46,353 nucleotides of DNA from a virus: the IMG/VR virus record IMGVR_UViG_3300028748_000002. One strand, 5' to 3'. Position numbers and translations under genes: made by a program. Below, piece after piece: positions 1 through 8,014 of the stretch. The notes under the pieces were generated by a model, which ran no database searches, was not told where the DNA came from, and saw only the letters and a program-made list of their open reading frames with translations. Positions within the stretch are counted from its first letter, which is position 1; every line of letters starts with the position of its first letter.

Positions 1-127
1 GCCAAGCGCGGATTTTCGCGCATGGGCTCCGTGAGAAGGATTGCCGTGGGGGGCACATGGACGCCCAGAGCCACGAGGCGGTTAAATTCAGACTGGCGCA
101 TTGGAATTAACCTCCTTGGCTCAACAT
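1..127. repeat. Terminal direct repeat, copy 1 (identical to 46227..46353); signature of a circular or terminally redundant genome
   Basis: Hand comparison: nt 1-127 (gccaagcgcggattttcgcg...cttggctcaacat) recur exactly at 46227-46353. Confidence 0.95.
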
Positions 128-607
128 GGCGAGCGAACCGACAGGTGCCGCGCTCACGAAATACCACGGGGTTTCGATATACCCCGCGATGGTGGCCCCG
201 GCCGCCCCCGGCTGGATTGAACCATCCGTTTCCGACGCAAAGGCTTTCTCGCCAAGCGTGGCGGCCGCCACGGTCACGCGCGCCCATACGTCCGCGTCCG
301 TGTGGAGCACGATGGGCAAGCCTTCCGGGACCGTGAGATTGGAGCCCACGAGCCATTGGTTGATGAAAGCGAGCGGCTGGCCGGAGCGAGCTGCAAAGCC
401 CAGCCGATACGGGGCGGTCCCGCCGGTGTTGGTGTTGCGCACCTCGCCGGTGGCGTCGGCCCAAGCAAAGCGGCCCAGCGTGACACCGTCGGCCGCCGTG
501 ACCAAGGCGCTATCGCCCACGGTCATGGACTTGCGCGGGTTTTCGCTCGCAAAGTCGCCCTCAACGGCCGGGCTGGGATAGGTGTTGACTTGGTTCTGGA
601 AAGGCAT
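107..607 (-). CDS. Head decoration/cement-like protein (166 aa)
   Basis: ATG at 607 with GGAG 9 nt upstream. It lies between the scaffold/protease and capsid genes. PSPAVEGDFAS...GRFAW resembles phage head decoration proteins from memory. Confidence 0.55.
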   Translation of the reverse strand: MPFQNQVNTYPSPAVEGDFASENPRKSMTVGDSALVTAADGVTLGRFAWADATGEVRNTNTGGTAPYRLGFAARSGQPLAFINQWLVGSNLTVPEGLPIVLHTDADVWARVTVAAATLGEKAFASETDGSIQPGAAGATIAGYIETPWYFVSAAPVGSLAMLSQGG

Positions 608-612
608 GGCGA

Positions 613-1902
613 TTAGCTCCGGCTAACACGAACGGCACCCGACAGGATACCGTCCAAGGGGCTGGCTTCACCCGGCGCGCTATCGTGCGCCATGGTGGGG
701 CGAGAGGTGCCGGGGAGCATGTCAACCATGCGCTCCAGAGCCACAACTTCCTTGACGCCCGTGTGGTCCACACCGTGGGCGGTAAGGGCGCGCTTGTAGA
801 GAGTGGCCGCGCCACCGCTCACCGCGTCCATGGCGAGCTTGACGGTGCCGATATGGGGGCGGACCTTCTCGCAAGCGGTGTTCCATGCGGAGAGCTCCGC
901 CACCACCTGATTGCGAATTGCGGCCGCGTCATTGGCCACGCGGTTGCGGCGGGGTGCGCGGTCGTTGGCCTTGCCCGGGCCGTCCTCGCCTTCGCCGTCC
1001 TCTTTGCCTTCGCCCTCGTCATCCGGGTCCGCGTCATCGGCCGGTGCTTTCCAGCACTTGCCCAGCTCGCTCATTTCGTCATCCGTGAGCTTGCCCTTGA
1101 GGTAGCTCATGGCCGCCTCGGGGACCGCCGCGTCCATCGCGCCCATGTCGTTGGGGTCGTCGGTAGTGTCGTCGTCATCCGCGCCCTCGCCTTCGCCCTT
1201 GGCGACATGGCCCAAAAGCTCCAAGAGCTCGCTGGCGTCAATGTCCGCGTCATTGGCGAGGAGGGCCCGCGCGGAGACTGCGAAACGGTCAAAGGTCTTG
1301 CGCTTCATCTTTAGCCCCTTTGGCAAAGCGTCCATAACTAGCACGTCACGGCCTGCGCGGCCTTTCTGCACCAGAGCAACATGATTGGGCCGAATGTTAA
1401 CCATTCGCCCGTCATAGCGCAAGCCCTTGAAAACGCCTGCTTCCATAACGGGATCGTAAGCGTATGAGCATGAAAGCTCACGTTTTTCCTCGCTCTCAAT
1501 GGCGTCAATATCTTTTTGGTCCCAAACGCTCAAAAGAGGCGTCCGGATATATTCCCCGTCAAAATAGCACCCGGAGCCGATAGAGCCGGCCACGTGCATC
1601 TTGCGCGGGTTGTCCGCGTCATGGGGGATATGGTCGTCAAGGAGCGGCTGGCCGTCAAAACGCGAGGCGGCCGCCTTGAGCTCGTCCGGGTCGCGGAGGA
1701 GCATATACTCCTTTTTGGGGTCCAGCTTGAGCTCCTCGTAGCCGGGAATTTCCCAACCATAGTAGCCGTTGACCGTGGCCTTGGTGAGTGGGCAATCCTT
1801 GACGTGGAGGCGGCCGTCCTCGTCCACCGTACGAGCGCTGGAGAAGTCGAAGGCCAGCACAGAGCCGGAGCGTGCGCGGCGGGTCGGGGCAAGCGTGGCC
1901 AT
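613..1902 (-). CDS. Prohead protease/scaffold protein, DUF2213-like (429 aa)
   Basis: The N-terminal ~190 aa resemble DUF2213 phage proteins. Acidic low-complexity centre (DDDDTTDDPND, DDADPDDEGEGKEDGEGEDG). Position upstream of the capsid gene; GAGG RBS. Confidence 0.7.
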   Translation of the reverse strand: MATLAPTRRARSGSVLAFDFSSARTVDEDGRLHVKDCPLTKATVNGYYGWEIPGYEELKLDPKKEYMLLRDPDELKAAASRFDGQPLLDDHIPHDADNPRKMHVAGSIGSGCYFDGEYIRTPLLSVWDQKDIDAIESEEKRELSCSYAYDPVMEAGVFKGLRYDGRMVNIRPNHVALVQKGRAGRDVLVMDALPKGLKMKRKTFDRFAVSARALLANDADIDASELLELLGHVAKGEGEGADDDDTTDDPNDMGAMDAAVPEAAMSYLKGKLTDDEMSELGKCWKAPADDADPDDEGEGKEDGEGEDGPGKANDRAPRRNRVANDAAAIRNQVVAELSAWNTACEKVRPHIGTVKLAMDAVSGGAATLYKRALTAHGVDHTGVKEVVALERMVDMLPGTSRPTMAHDSAPGEASPLDGILSGAVRVSRS

Positions 1903-1911
1903 GGTTCAACC

Positions 1912-2163
1912 TCACATAAGGACGTATTGCCGCCGTCGCGGCTCTGGTGGGGGTGGTGGCACAGGATTAACCAAGATTGCAACAAACGCGGACTGCGATA
2001 CGACAACCAAGCCCGGCTGGTGGATAGCGACCATGGCGGATTGCTCAACCACCCGCAACGCGGGTGTGGGCAAGATAGCCACCATGACCGATTGTTCAGC
2101 GACTTGCAGCGACCCCGGAATAGGGACAGGCAGGTTGTTTTGAAATAGCAGTAGCAGAGACAT
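1912..2163 (-). CDS. Small hypothetical protein with three copies of a V-x-x-QS-x-x-VAI motif (83 aa)
   Basis: ATG at 2163. In-phase repeats VAEQSVMVAI / VVEQSAMVAI / VVSQSAFVAI spaced 17 and 16 codons apart. The stop lies 10 nt before the scaffold start. Confidence 0.45.
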   Translation of the reverse strand: MSLLLLFQNNLPVPIPGSLQVAEQSVMVAILPTPALRVVEQSAMVAIHQPGLVVVSQSAFVAILVNPVPPPPPEPRRRQYVLM

Positions 2164-2176
2164 GATTTCGCCCTAG

Positions 2177-2347
2177 CTAATTTGGTGGTGCGAAAGTTGC
2201 CGGGGCTGTGAAAATCCATCCAATGTCAACTGGACCACGGTCCGGCAAATAGATGCACGTAACGCCATCCACCAGCGGGTCATCCTCTTCCAAGTTGATG
2301 ACATTTTCCACGACGTTATCTGCGTCAACAATCACACCCACGCCCAT
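2177..2347 (-). CDS. Small hypothetical protein (56 aa, below the ORF-track cutoff)
   Basis: Hand translation MGVGVIVDADNVVENVINLEEDDPLVDGVTCIYLPDRGPVDIGWIFTAPATFAPPN. It resembles a recurrent small phage protein often found next to fibre genes (memory only). Confidence 0.45.
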   Translation of the reverse strand: MGVGVIVDADNVVENVINLEEDDPLVDGVTCIYLPDRGPVDIGWIFTAPATFAPPN

Positions 2348-2359
2348 GGCACAATCTCC

Positions 2360-3202
2360 TTAAAAATAAACGATGAAAGCGACTACCCCGGATCCTCCTG
2401 CACCCCCTGCTCCAGAGGCAAACCCGTTGTCAGATGCTGCACCGCCGCCTCCGCCCGCTCCATACCCCGCTGCATTTCCGCCAGCGCCCGTTGCTTGGCC
2501 GGTGGCATATGACCCGCCCCCGCCGCCATTTCCGGTCGCATAAAGAACGGTTGAGCCGCTAGAAGTATTCGGGTTAGGCGGCGTTGAACCAGCACTCCCC
2601 GATGTTCCACCCCCCGCAGTTGTCGAACCGCCGCCTGTGCCCCCATTGACCGACGTTGTGCTTGATGCCGCTGCACCTGCGCCGCCGCCGCCACCCCCGG
2701 TCGCACCTCCGAGGATGGTTGCGGCACCGCCTGTTGTGATTGCCCCAGCCCCACCGGCTCCGACAACGGTGTTTCCAATACCGCCGCTGCCTGCCGATCC
2801 ACCTGCTGTAGTCCCTGCGGCCCCTGCGTTGCCAGCTTGTGCCCGACACAAAAATCCGTTTGCGGAGAACGATCCGATATTAACTGTGGACGACCCCCCG
2901 GTTGTTCCGGCATTGCCCGGGCCTGTGGCACTGACTGAAGCCCCTCCACCGCCTGCCGCACCAACAGCATAGTTGATCGTCGCGGGCATCGTGCCTGTTA
3001 TTTTGGCGATGGACGATTGGCCCGCGCCACCGCCTCCGCCGCCGCCGCGTGCAGAAGTGGTAGGTTCGCACGCACCAGACCCGCCGCCTCCGCCGCCGCC
3101 GACTGCGATACATTCGATCATCTTTGCGCCGACTGGAACGGTAAACGATGTCCCAGATGTGAAAACATACGTTTGCGGCGATGAGTTGCCAGAAAACCCC
3201 AT
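2360..3202 (-). CDS. Glycine-rich fibre-like structural protein (280 aa)
   Basis: Start MGFSGNSSPQTYVFTSGTSFTVPVGAKMIECIAVGGGGGGGSG 2 nt after the upstream stop. Long Gly/Ala/Thr/Ser-rich body typical of phage glycine-rich domain proteins. Confidence 0.65.
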   Translation of the reverse strand: MGFSGNSSPQTYVFTSGTSFTVPVGAKMIECIAVGGGGGGGSGACEPTTSARGGGGGGGAGQSSIAKITGTMPATINYAVGAAGGGGASVSATGPGNAGTTGGSSTVNIGSFSANGFLCRAQAGNAGAAGTTAGGSAGSGGIGNTVVGAGGAGAITTGGAATILGGATGGGGGGAGAAASSTTSVNGGTGGGSTTAGGGTSGSAGSTPPNPNTSSGSTVLYATGNGGGGGSYATGQATGAGGNAAGYGAGGGGGAASDNGFASGAGGAGGSGVVAFIVYF

Positions 3203-3203
3203 A

Positions 3204-3890
3204 TCACCAACTCCGATAAGTGAAAGTCTGCCCAGTGGTCGCGCCATAGATATAAAAAGCGCCAGTCGGGGACCAGTTTTCAGGCGTTTGGTAGGTTTGT
3301 CCAGAAGGCAATCTGAATGCGGGAGACGCGGCGCTTGGCGTAGTTGAAGCTGTAGAAAACCAAAGATCACCGGTGCTGGTGTTCTGGATGGTGAAGCCAA
3401 CGCGTGCTGCGATCGCCGCTTCGACAAGCTGCGCGGTGCCGCCGGTCGTGATCGATGTTGCAGCGGTTCGCTCCGTTGTCGAGCCTTGGCCGAGATTGAC
3501 GGTTGGAGTAGCTGCAAAAGCCGGAAGCGTGCCACCGATGGCCACGCTGTCGGTGCCTGTTCCTAGTGTCCAAGTGCGACCCGTGGTCCACGTTCCGATT
3601 TGTGCTGCGCCAAATTGGGTGTTGCCGATGTCCTGCCCGGCTTGGAATAGCGTTCCGAGTGAGGTCAAGGCAGAAGCCTGACCCGCCGCCGTTGCCGCCC
3701 CGGCAGGCAAGGGAAGCGCCGCCGCGCTGATCGGCAGGGGGTTGTCGGCTGCGACGTCGCCACCATCGGCATCAACGTCGCCCAGCACCAGCTTAAAGCG
3801 CTGCATCTGCGCGCCGCCGCGACCGGCGTTAGTTTCCGTATCGACGGTCGCGCCGCCGACGCCCGGGTTAAGGACAACACCATCTGTCAT
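3204..3890 (-). CDS. Hypothetical virion/fibre-associated protein (228 aa)
   Basis: Internal ATG at 3890 (MTDGVVLNPGVGG), 3 nt after the upstream stop. Gly/Thr/Ala-rich, with a beta-rich C-terminus (GFTIQNTSTGDLWF). Confidence 0.6.
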   Translation of the reverse strand: MTDGVVLNPGVGGATVDTETNAGRGGAQMQRFKLVLGDVDADGGDVAADNPLPISAAALPLPAGAATAAGQASALTSLGTLFQAGQDIGNTQFGAAQIGTWTTGRTWTLGTGTDSVAIGGTLPAFAATPTVNLGQGSTTERTAATSITTGGTAQLVEAAIAARVGFTIQNTSTGDLWFSTASTTPSAASPAFRLPSGQTYQTPENWSPTGAFYIYGATTGQTFTYRSW

Positions 3891-3892
3891 AA

Positions 3893-4894
3893 TTACACCT
3901 CGCTCACATATCCGAGTTGAACCGGGGCATTCCACTGGGCCTGCGTCCATTGGGCGGACGTGTCGGGGTTGACGTCAAAGCGCGCCCCGACGCTTGTATA
4001 CCCGAAAGTGACGCCGGGCAGGTCTGCCGAAACGTGATCGACGTCGGCGCCCGTGCGAATGAGGCTCGCGACATTCTCGGGTGCAACACCATCGTTCTTG
4101 ACGATGAGCCATTCAAAGACACCCATGATATAGCAGCCTTCCGGAACCGTCACGTTGGTCATCGGATAGGATTGTTCGAGCCCAGCCGTCACGGCTTGGT
4201 TGTATGTCGTGTAGTCCGTGATGACCTCATTGACGTCGGTATATGTGCCGGTCCAGCCGCTATGAGCCCCGGCCCCCGTCGCCCTGCACGTAGTCGCGTG
4301 ACCGCCAACCGTGCCAATATTTTCGGTGCACATGATCTGCGACCAAACAACGTCTTGGTATCCTTGACCTTGCGATTGCAGTTGCCACCGGGCGATATTC
4401 GTCAACGCGGCTTGCGTGAAGGAAACAGGGCCGGAAACGATCGTGCCGCTATAGGACAGTGTGATAGTGTGCGTGCCGCTGCTCGCTATATCCAGCCTCA
4501 AATCAATATCGAATGCCGACGAGACGAAAGGTGCATACGGGACGCCGATCGCAGTCCAAACGGGGGCCGTGCCGGTTCCAGAATTATAATAGAGTTGGCC
4601 GTGATAATCATACTGGACCCACGGGTAGCCCGCGTTGTCGAGAAGCACCAAATAGACGCCGCCGGTTTGGTATAGATGCGAGTGAAAATAGAACGAGGCC
4701 CCGGCTTCGACCGCGTAAGGCGACAACAACGGGGCGGCCGCCGGATCATAAAGCAGCCCCTGCACACCCCCGTTGCGCACGTTGATACCCGCGTCCGAAT
4801 AGGCGGGATCGATGCCGAACGTGACCTCTTGTGCCGCGCCGTAAAGGATCGTTACGCAATCGAGACGCGAGCCCAAGAAAAGCAGCTTGCTCAT
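3893..4894 (-). CDS. Hypothetical virion/fibre-associated protein (333 aa)
   Basis: ATG at 4894 (MSKLLFLGSRLD) overlaps the upstream stop as ATGA. The upstream part of the 449-aa track ORF is Arg/Gly-rich off-frame sequence. Confidence 0.6.
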   Translation of the reverse strand: MSKLLFLGSRLDCVTILYGAAQEVTFGIDPAYSDAGINVRNGGVQGLLYDPAAAPLLSPYAVEAGASFYFHSHLYQTGGVYLVLLDNAGYPWVQYDYHGQLYYNSGTGTAPVWTAIGVPYAPFVSSAFDIDLRLDIASSGTHTITLSYSGTIVSGPVSFTQAALTNIARWQLQSQGQGYQDVVWSQIMCTENIGTVGGHATTCRATGAGAHSGWTGTYTDVNEVITDYTTYNQAVTAGLEQSYPMTNVTVPEGCYIMGVFEWLIVKNDGVAPENVASLIRTGADVDHVSADLPGVTFGYTSVGARFDVNPDTSAQWTQAQWNAPVQLGYVSEV

Positions 4895-5601
4895 GGAATA
4901 AGCCCCTTGAATGTGATGGCGAAACCTTGGATCGCCGTATCTGCCACGCTTGGCCCCACCACGCGCAAGCGGTCCCCGACGCCGACCGATACCACAGAGC
5001 CCCCCGGAGTGGCCAGAGTGACGCCCCCGTCCGTGCCGATTGTGACTGTGCCCACGGCCGTCCAGCCTCCAGTCCCCGCCGCTTGCTGCTCCATCGTCAA
5101 GACGAATGTGGCTGCGGGTGCAACGAGAGGCGCCCCGCTCCGCGCTCCGGCAAAATTGGCGGGGTATTGGAAAGCCACCGGAGAAGTGTAAAGCGCCAAG
5201 AGCTCCTCCGTGCCCGGGGTGGCGTTGAACCACACACCCCATTGGAGCCCATAGGCGTTGAAAGCGGCCTTGGCCGTGGCGCCGGTGGTGCTGGCGGCCG
5301 ATACGAGGGCCGCGATGTCCTCCGCCGTGAAGGTGAAGGACACCTGTGCGTTGACATCGAAGGCCACCGGGCTCCCGCCATTGCTGGACTTGAGCACCAA
5401 GCGGGTGAGGGTGCCGGTGGAGAGCACATAGGTTCCCATGCCCACCTCATAGTTATTCCCCTGCTGGACCGAATAGGAGTAGGACGCACCGTTAACGAGC
5501 GCTCCGACACCATCGAAGCCCGGCACGGCCGCGCCCAGCGCGAAAGGCCCGGGACCGCTGGAGGTCGCATAGACTTGCACCAAGTCCACAAAGCTATTCA
5601 T
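4891..5601 (-). CDS. Fibre-like protein with conserved N-terminal module (236 aa)
   Basis: ATG at 5601 (MNSFVDLVQVYATSSGPGPFALGAAVPGF...YSYSVQQGNNYEVGMGTY), ATGA overlap with the MuF-like gene. The N-terminus resembles a recurrent phage fibre N-terminal motif (memory). Confidence 0.55.
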   Translation of the reverse strand: MNSFVDLVQVYATSSGPGPFALGAAVPGFDGVGALVNGASYSYSVQQGNNYEVGMGTYVLSTGTLTRLVLKSSNGGSPVAFDVNAQVSFTFTAEDIAALVSAASTTGATAKAAFNAYGLQWGVWFNATPGTEELLALYTSPVAFQYPANFAGARSGAPLVAPAATFVLTMEQQAAGTGGWTAVGTVTIGTDGGVTLATPGGSVVSVGVGDRLRVVGPSVADTAIQGFAITFKGLIP

Positions 5602-6422
5602 CGTTTCGCTCCTAGCGTGGGCAGGATTGGCCGGGACACACACCGGCAATTAGGCTCAACCCCGGGCCAAGTCCACTTTCCCTCAAGATAGGCCCCTTTG
5701 GCAAGGTCGTAGCGTTTGCGCGAGAATGCCACGTGCGAGGGGCGGGGCTTTTTGCCCCCGGCGGAGTGGAGCCATTCGCCCTCCGTGCATCCAAGCTCAA
5801 GGGCCCGGGTGCGTGCCATCGTGGCCGTGGCCTTGTTGGTTTGGTCCCGCGCGATAAACTCCGCTTTGCGCCGGGAGACGCCCAGCGTGCCCTCAAGGTC
5901 ATCCGAGAGCTGTTGCAAGTCCCGGCCGGTCTGGAGCGAGCGCATGACGTAGCCCTCCACGGCCGCGATATGTTGGACGCCCAGATTGGTGATGAGCTCC
6001 ACTTGCTGTTGGAGCCCCGCGTTGAGCGTTTGGCGCATGGAGGCGGTCATCCGGAAACGGATAGAGACGCCATTGTCCCGGAGCATTCGCTCCAGCGCGC
6101 GGTCCACGTGGTTGCGCGTGCGGCCGGAGAGCTCCTTGGCGAGAGCGTCCGCCATCGCGCGCCATTTGCTGCCCCACATGCGGCCGCGCTTCCGCAAGAG
6201 GTCCTTGAGCGCGCGCGCCGGGTCCGCGTCATTGGCCACGGTGATGGGGTCGGACTTGCGCCACCCGGCCTTGAGCCAATAGACGATAGACGCGTGCATG
6301 GCGTCCAGCTCGCGCTCCATCCGCTCGCGGACATACGCCTCCACACCAGCCGGGGGGCGGACCGGGTTAAGGCGGCCGTCTCCCTTGGGCTCCTGCTCCC
6401 GGGGGCGTGCTTGCGTGGCCAT
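5598..6422 (-). CDS. Head morphogenesis protein, SPP1 gp7/Mu F-like (274 aa)
   Basis: Lies immediately after the portal gene (TAATG overlap). ARDQTNKATATMARTR...WLHSAGGKKPRPSHVAFSRKRY...PNCRC matches minor-head MuF-like proteins. Confidence 0.8.
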   Translation of the reverse strand: MATQARPREQEPKGDGRLNPVRPPAGVEAYVRERMERELDAMHASIVYWLKAGWRKSDPITVANDADPARALKDLLRKRGRMWGSKWRAMADALAKELSGRTRNHVDRALERMLRDNGVSIRFRMTASMRQTLNAGLQQQVELITNLGVQHIAAVEGYVMRSLQTGRDLQQLSDDLEGTLGVSRRKAEFIARDQTNKATATMARTRALELGCTEGEWLHSAGGKKPRPSHVAFSRKRYDLAKGAYLEGKWTWPGVEPNCRCVSRPILPTLGAKR

Positions 6423-8014
6423 TATTCGGGGTCCGCCTCCGCGTTGCCTTCGCCCTCGGTCACGCTGCCCGGCTCGCCCAGCTCCGCCGGGTCCCCCTCG
6501 TTGTAGTCTTGGGGTGCCGGTGGCTCCTTGAGCTTCATGCCATACCAGAGGCCGCCCTCCTCGCCCATGAGGCGCTCGCGCTCGTCCTCCGGGCTCAAGA
6601 CCCCCGCGTTGATATAGCCGGTGGCCGTGGTCATGTTGTTTTGCCGCATGGTGCTCTTTTCAAGCTCCGTGGGCTCCGACAGGTTTACAAATTCAAAGGT
6701 GAGCGTCCCGTCAATGCGGCCGTCCAAATGGAGCTGGAGCACGCGGAGAAGCGCGGTGAGCGGGGCTTGTAGGGTCTTTTCCTGATAACCCCGGATATGG
6801 TCGTGGAAGGCCGTGAGCTCGCCCTCGCTGGACGCGTTGAGGCCGGACGGAGTGACGCCCAGCAACACCACGAGTGGGATGCCCACAACGGACGAAATAA
6901 ACTCTTGAGCTTGCGCCAAGAGCTTATCCACCCCGGAGATAGGGGCGGACACATTCTTGAGGTCCTCCGTCTCCTTGTCCACCATCATGAGGCCGCCGTT
7001 GTCGCGGCCGTAGGCGTATGCCTGCATTCGCCTTATCATGGCTTGCGCGCCGTCCGCGTCCAGCATGGCCCCCATGTTGGTGGAGAGCACCATCGTGGAG
7101 AACGAATAGAGGAGATTGGCCACGCTGGTGCGGTTTTTGACAAAGTTGTCAATGTAGGGCTTGGCCATTTGGCTCAAGGACAGTCCGCCAAACATATAGA
7201 CCGGCTTGAGAATGTCCGGGAGCTCACGGCCCACGAACGTCAACAAGCGGCTATTGTGGACCGTGGAGCTCATGACTTGCCATTGACTTGGCCGGTAGTA
7301 GTCATTTGCGAGTGGGTTGGTGGTGCCGAATTGGAGCGGGTAGCACCAAAAAGGCTCAACCACTTTCAAATTCTTGAGCGCACCCACAGGCACCGTCTCC
7401 GGGGTGTATTCCAGAGGGTCTTGGAGGTCAAAAACGTCGTCCCCAAAGTCCATAAACACGTGGGATCGGCCTTGAGCGCCGTCCACCTCAATGGCCTCAC
7501 GGAATTTTTCCCGGACGCCAAAGTCCCGCATGAGCTTTTCAATGGCCGCGATACGCTTGGGGTCATCGCCCTTGAGCTTGACCCATTTGCGCGTGCATTC
7601 GGCCGCCCAAATCTCCGAAATGCGCCGATATTCGGGGCGCTGCTGGAGCTCGCTAAGGTAGCCGTAGCCCAGAAAACCAAGGCCCTCGCTCCATGGGCTG
7701 GAGAGGAGCGCATAGTCCTGAATGTCCTCAAACGGCACGCTGTCCATGGCGAGCGTGACTTGGCCGCCATTCGCACCAGAGCGCGCCGTGGCCAGCCATT
7801 GGTCCACCCACTTGGGGCGCTCCGGAGCGCGGAATGTGTCCCCCACCTCGCGGCCAGCCGCAAAGAAGGTTGCAAGGTCCGACACGGCCGCCGGGGAAAA
7901 TAGGCGCTTCTCCACCGGCTTGGGTGCGGCCAGCGCCACCGGACTGGTAGATACGCCCAGCCACCGGCGGAAAGCACCTTTAACGGCGCGGTTGATGCCC
8001 TTGGCGAAGCCCAT
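6422..8014 (-). CDS. Portal protein (530 aa, DUF1073-like)
   Basis: Size and position directly after the large terminase. GAGGGA RBS before the ATG at 8014; acidic C-terminus. Confidence 0.8.
   Translation of the reverse strand: MGFAKGINRAVKGAFRRWLGVSTSPVALAAPKPVEKRLFSPAAVSDLATFFAAGREVGDTFRAPERPKWVDQWLATARSGANGGQVTLAMDSVPFEDIQDYALLSSPWSEGLGFLGYGYLSELQQRPEYRRISEIWAAECTRKWVKLKGDDPKRIAAIEKLMRDFGVREKFREAIEVDGAQGRSHVFMDFGDDVFDLQDPLEYTPETVPVGALKNLKVVEPFWCYPLQFGTTNPLANDYYRPSQWQVMSSTVHNSRLLTFVGRELPDILKPVYMFGGLSLSQMAKPYIDNFVKNRTSVANLLYSFSTMVLSTNMGAMLDADGAQAMIRRMQAYAYGRDNGGLMMVDKETEDLKNVSAPISGVDKLLAQAQEFISSVVGIPLVVLLGVTPSGLNASSEGELTAFHDHIRGYQEKTLQAPLTALLRVLQLHLDGRIDGTLTFEFVNLSEPTELEKSTMRQNNMTTATGYINAGVLSPEDERERLMGEEGGLWYGMKLKEPPAPQDYNEGDPAELGEPGSVTEGEGNAEADPE

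Noticed and set aside
1-127. Biological direct terminal repeat (DTR) of the virion DNA.
   Set aside because: An exact 127-nt overlap equals a common maximum assembler k-mer, and it cuts through the capsid gene start. It is more parsimoniously a circular-assembly artefact. This cannot be excluded without reads.
22-581. Plus-strand ORFs 22-336, 126-581 and 302-616 at the window start.
   Set aside because: They are antisense to the decoration gene and to the capsid 5' end. They have Arg/Pro-rich composition and no RBS.
2383-2972. Alternative-frame ORFs inside the glycine-rich gene (2383-2970, 2574-2849, 2637-2972, 2880-3113, 2973-3347).
   Set aside because: They are products of GGN/GCN-rich low-complexity DNA. 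Only the glycine-rich frame starts next to the upstream stop and has a non-repetitive N-terminal domain.
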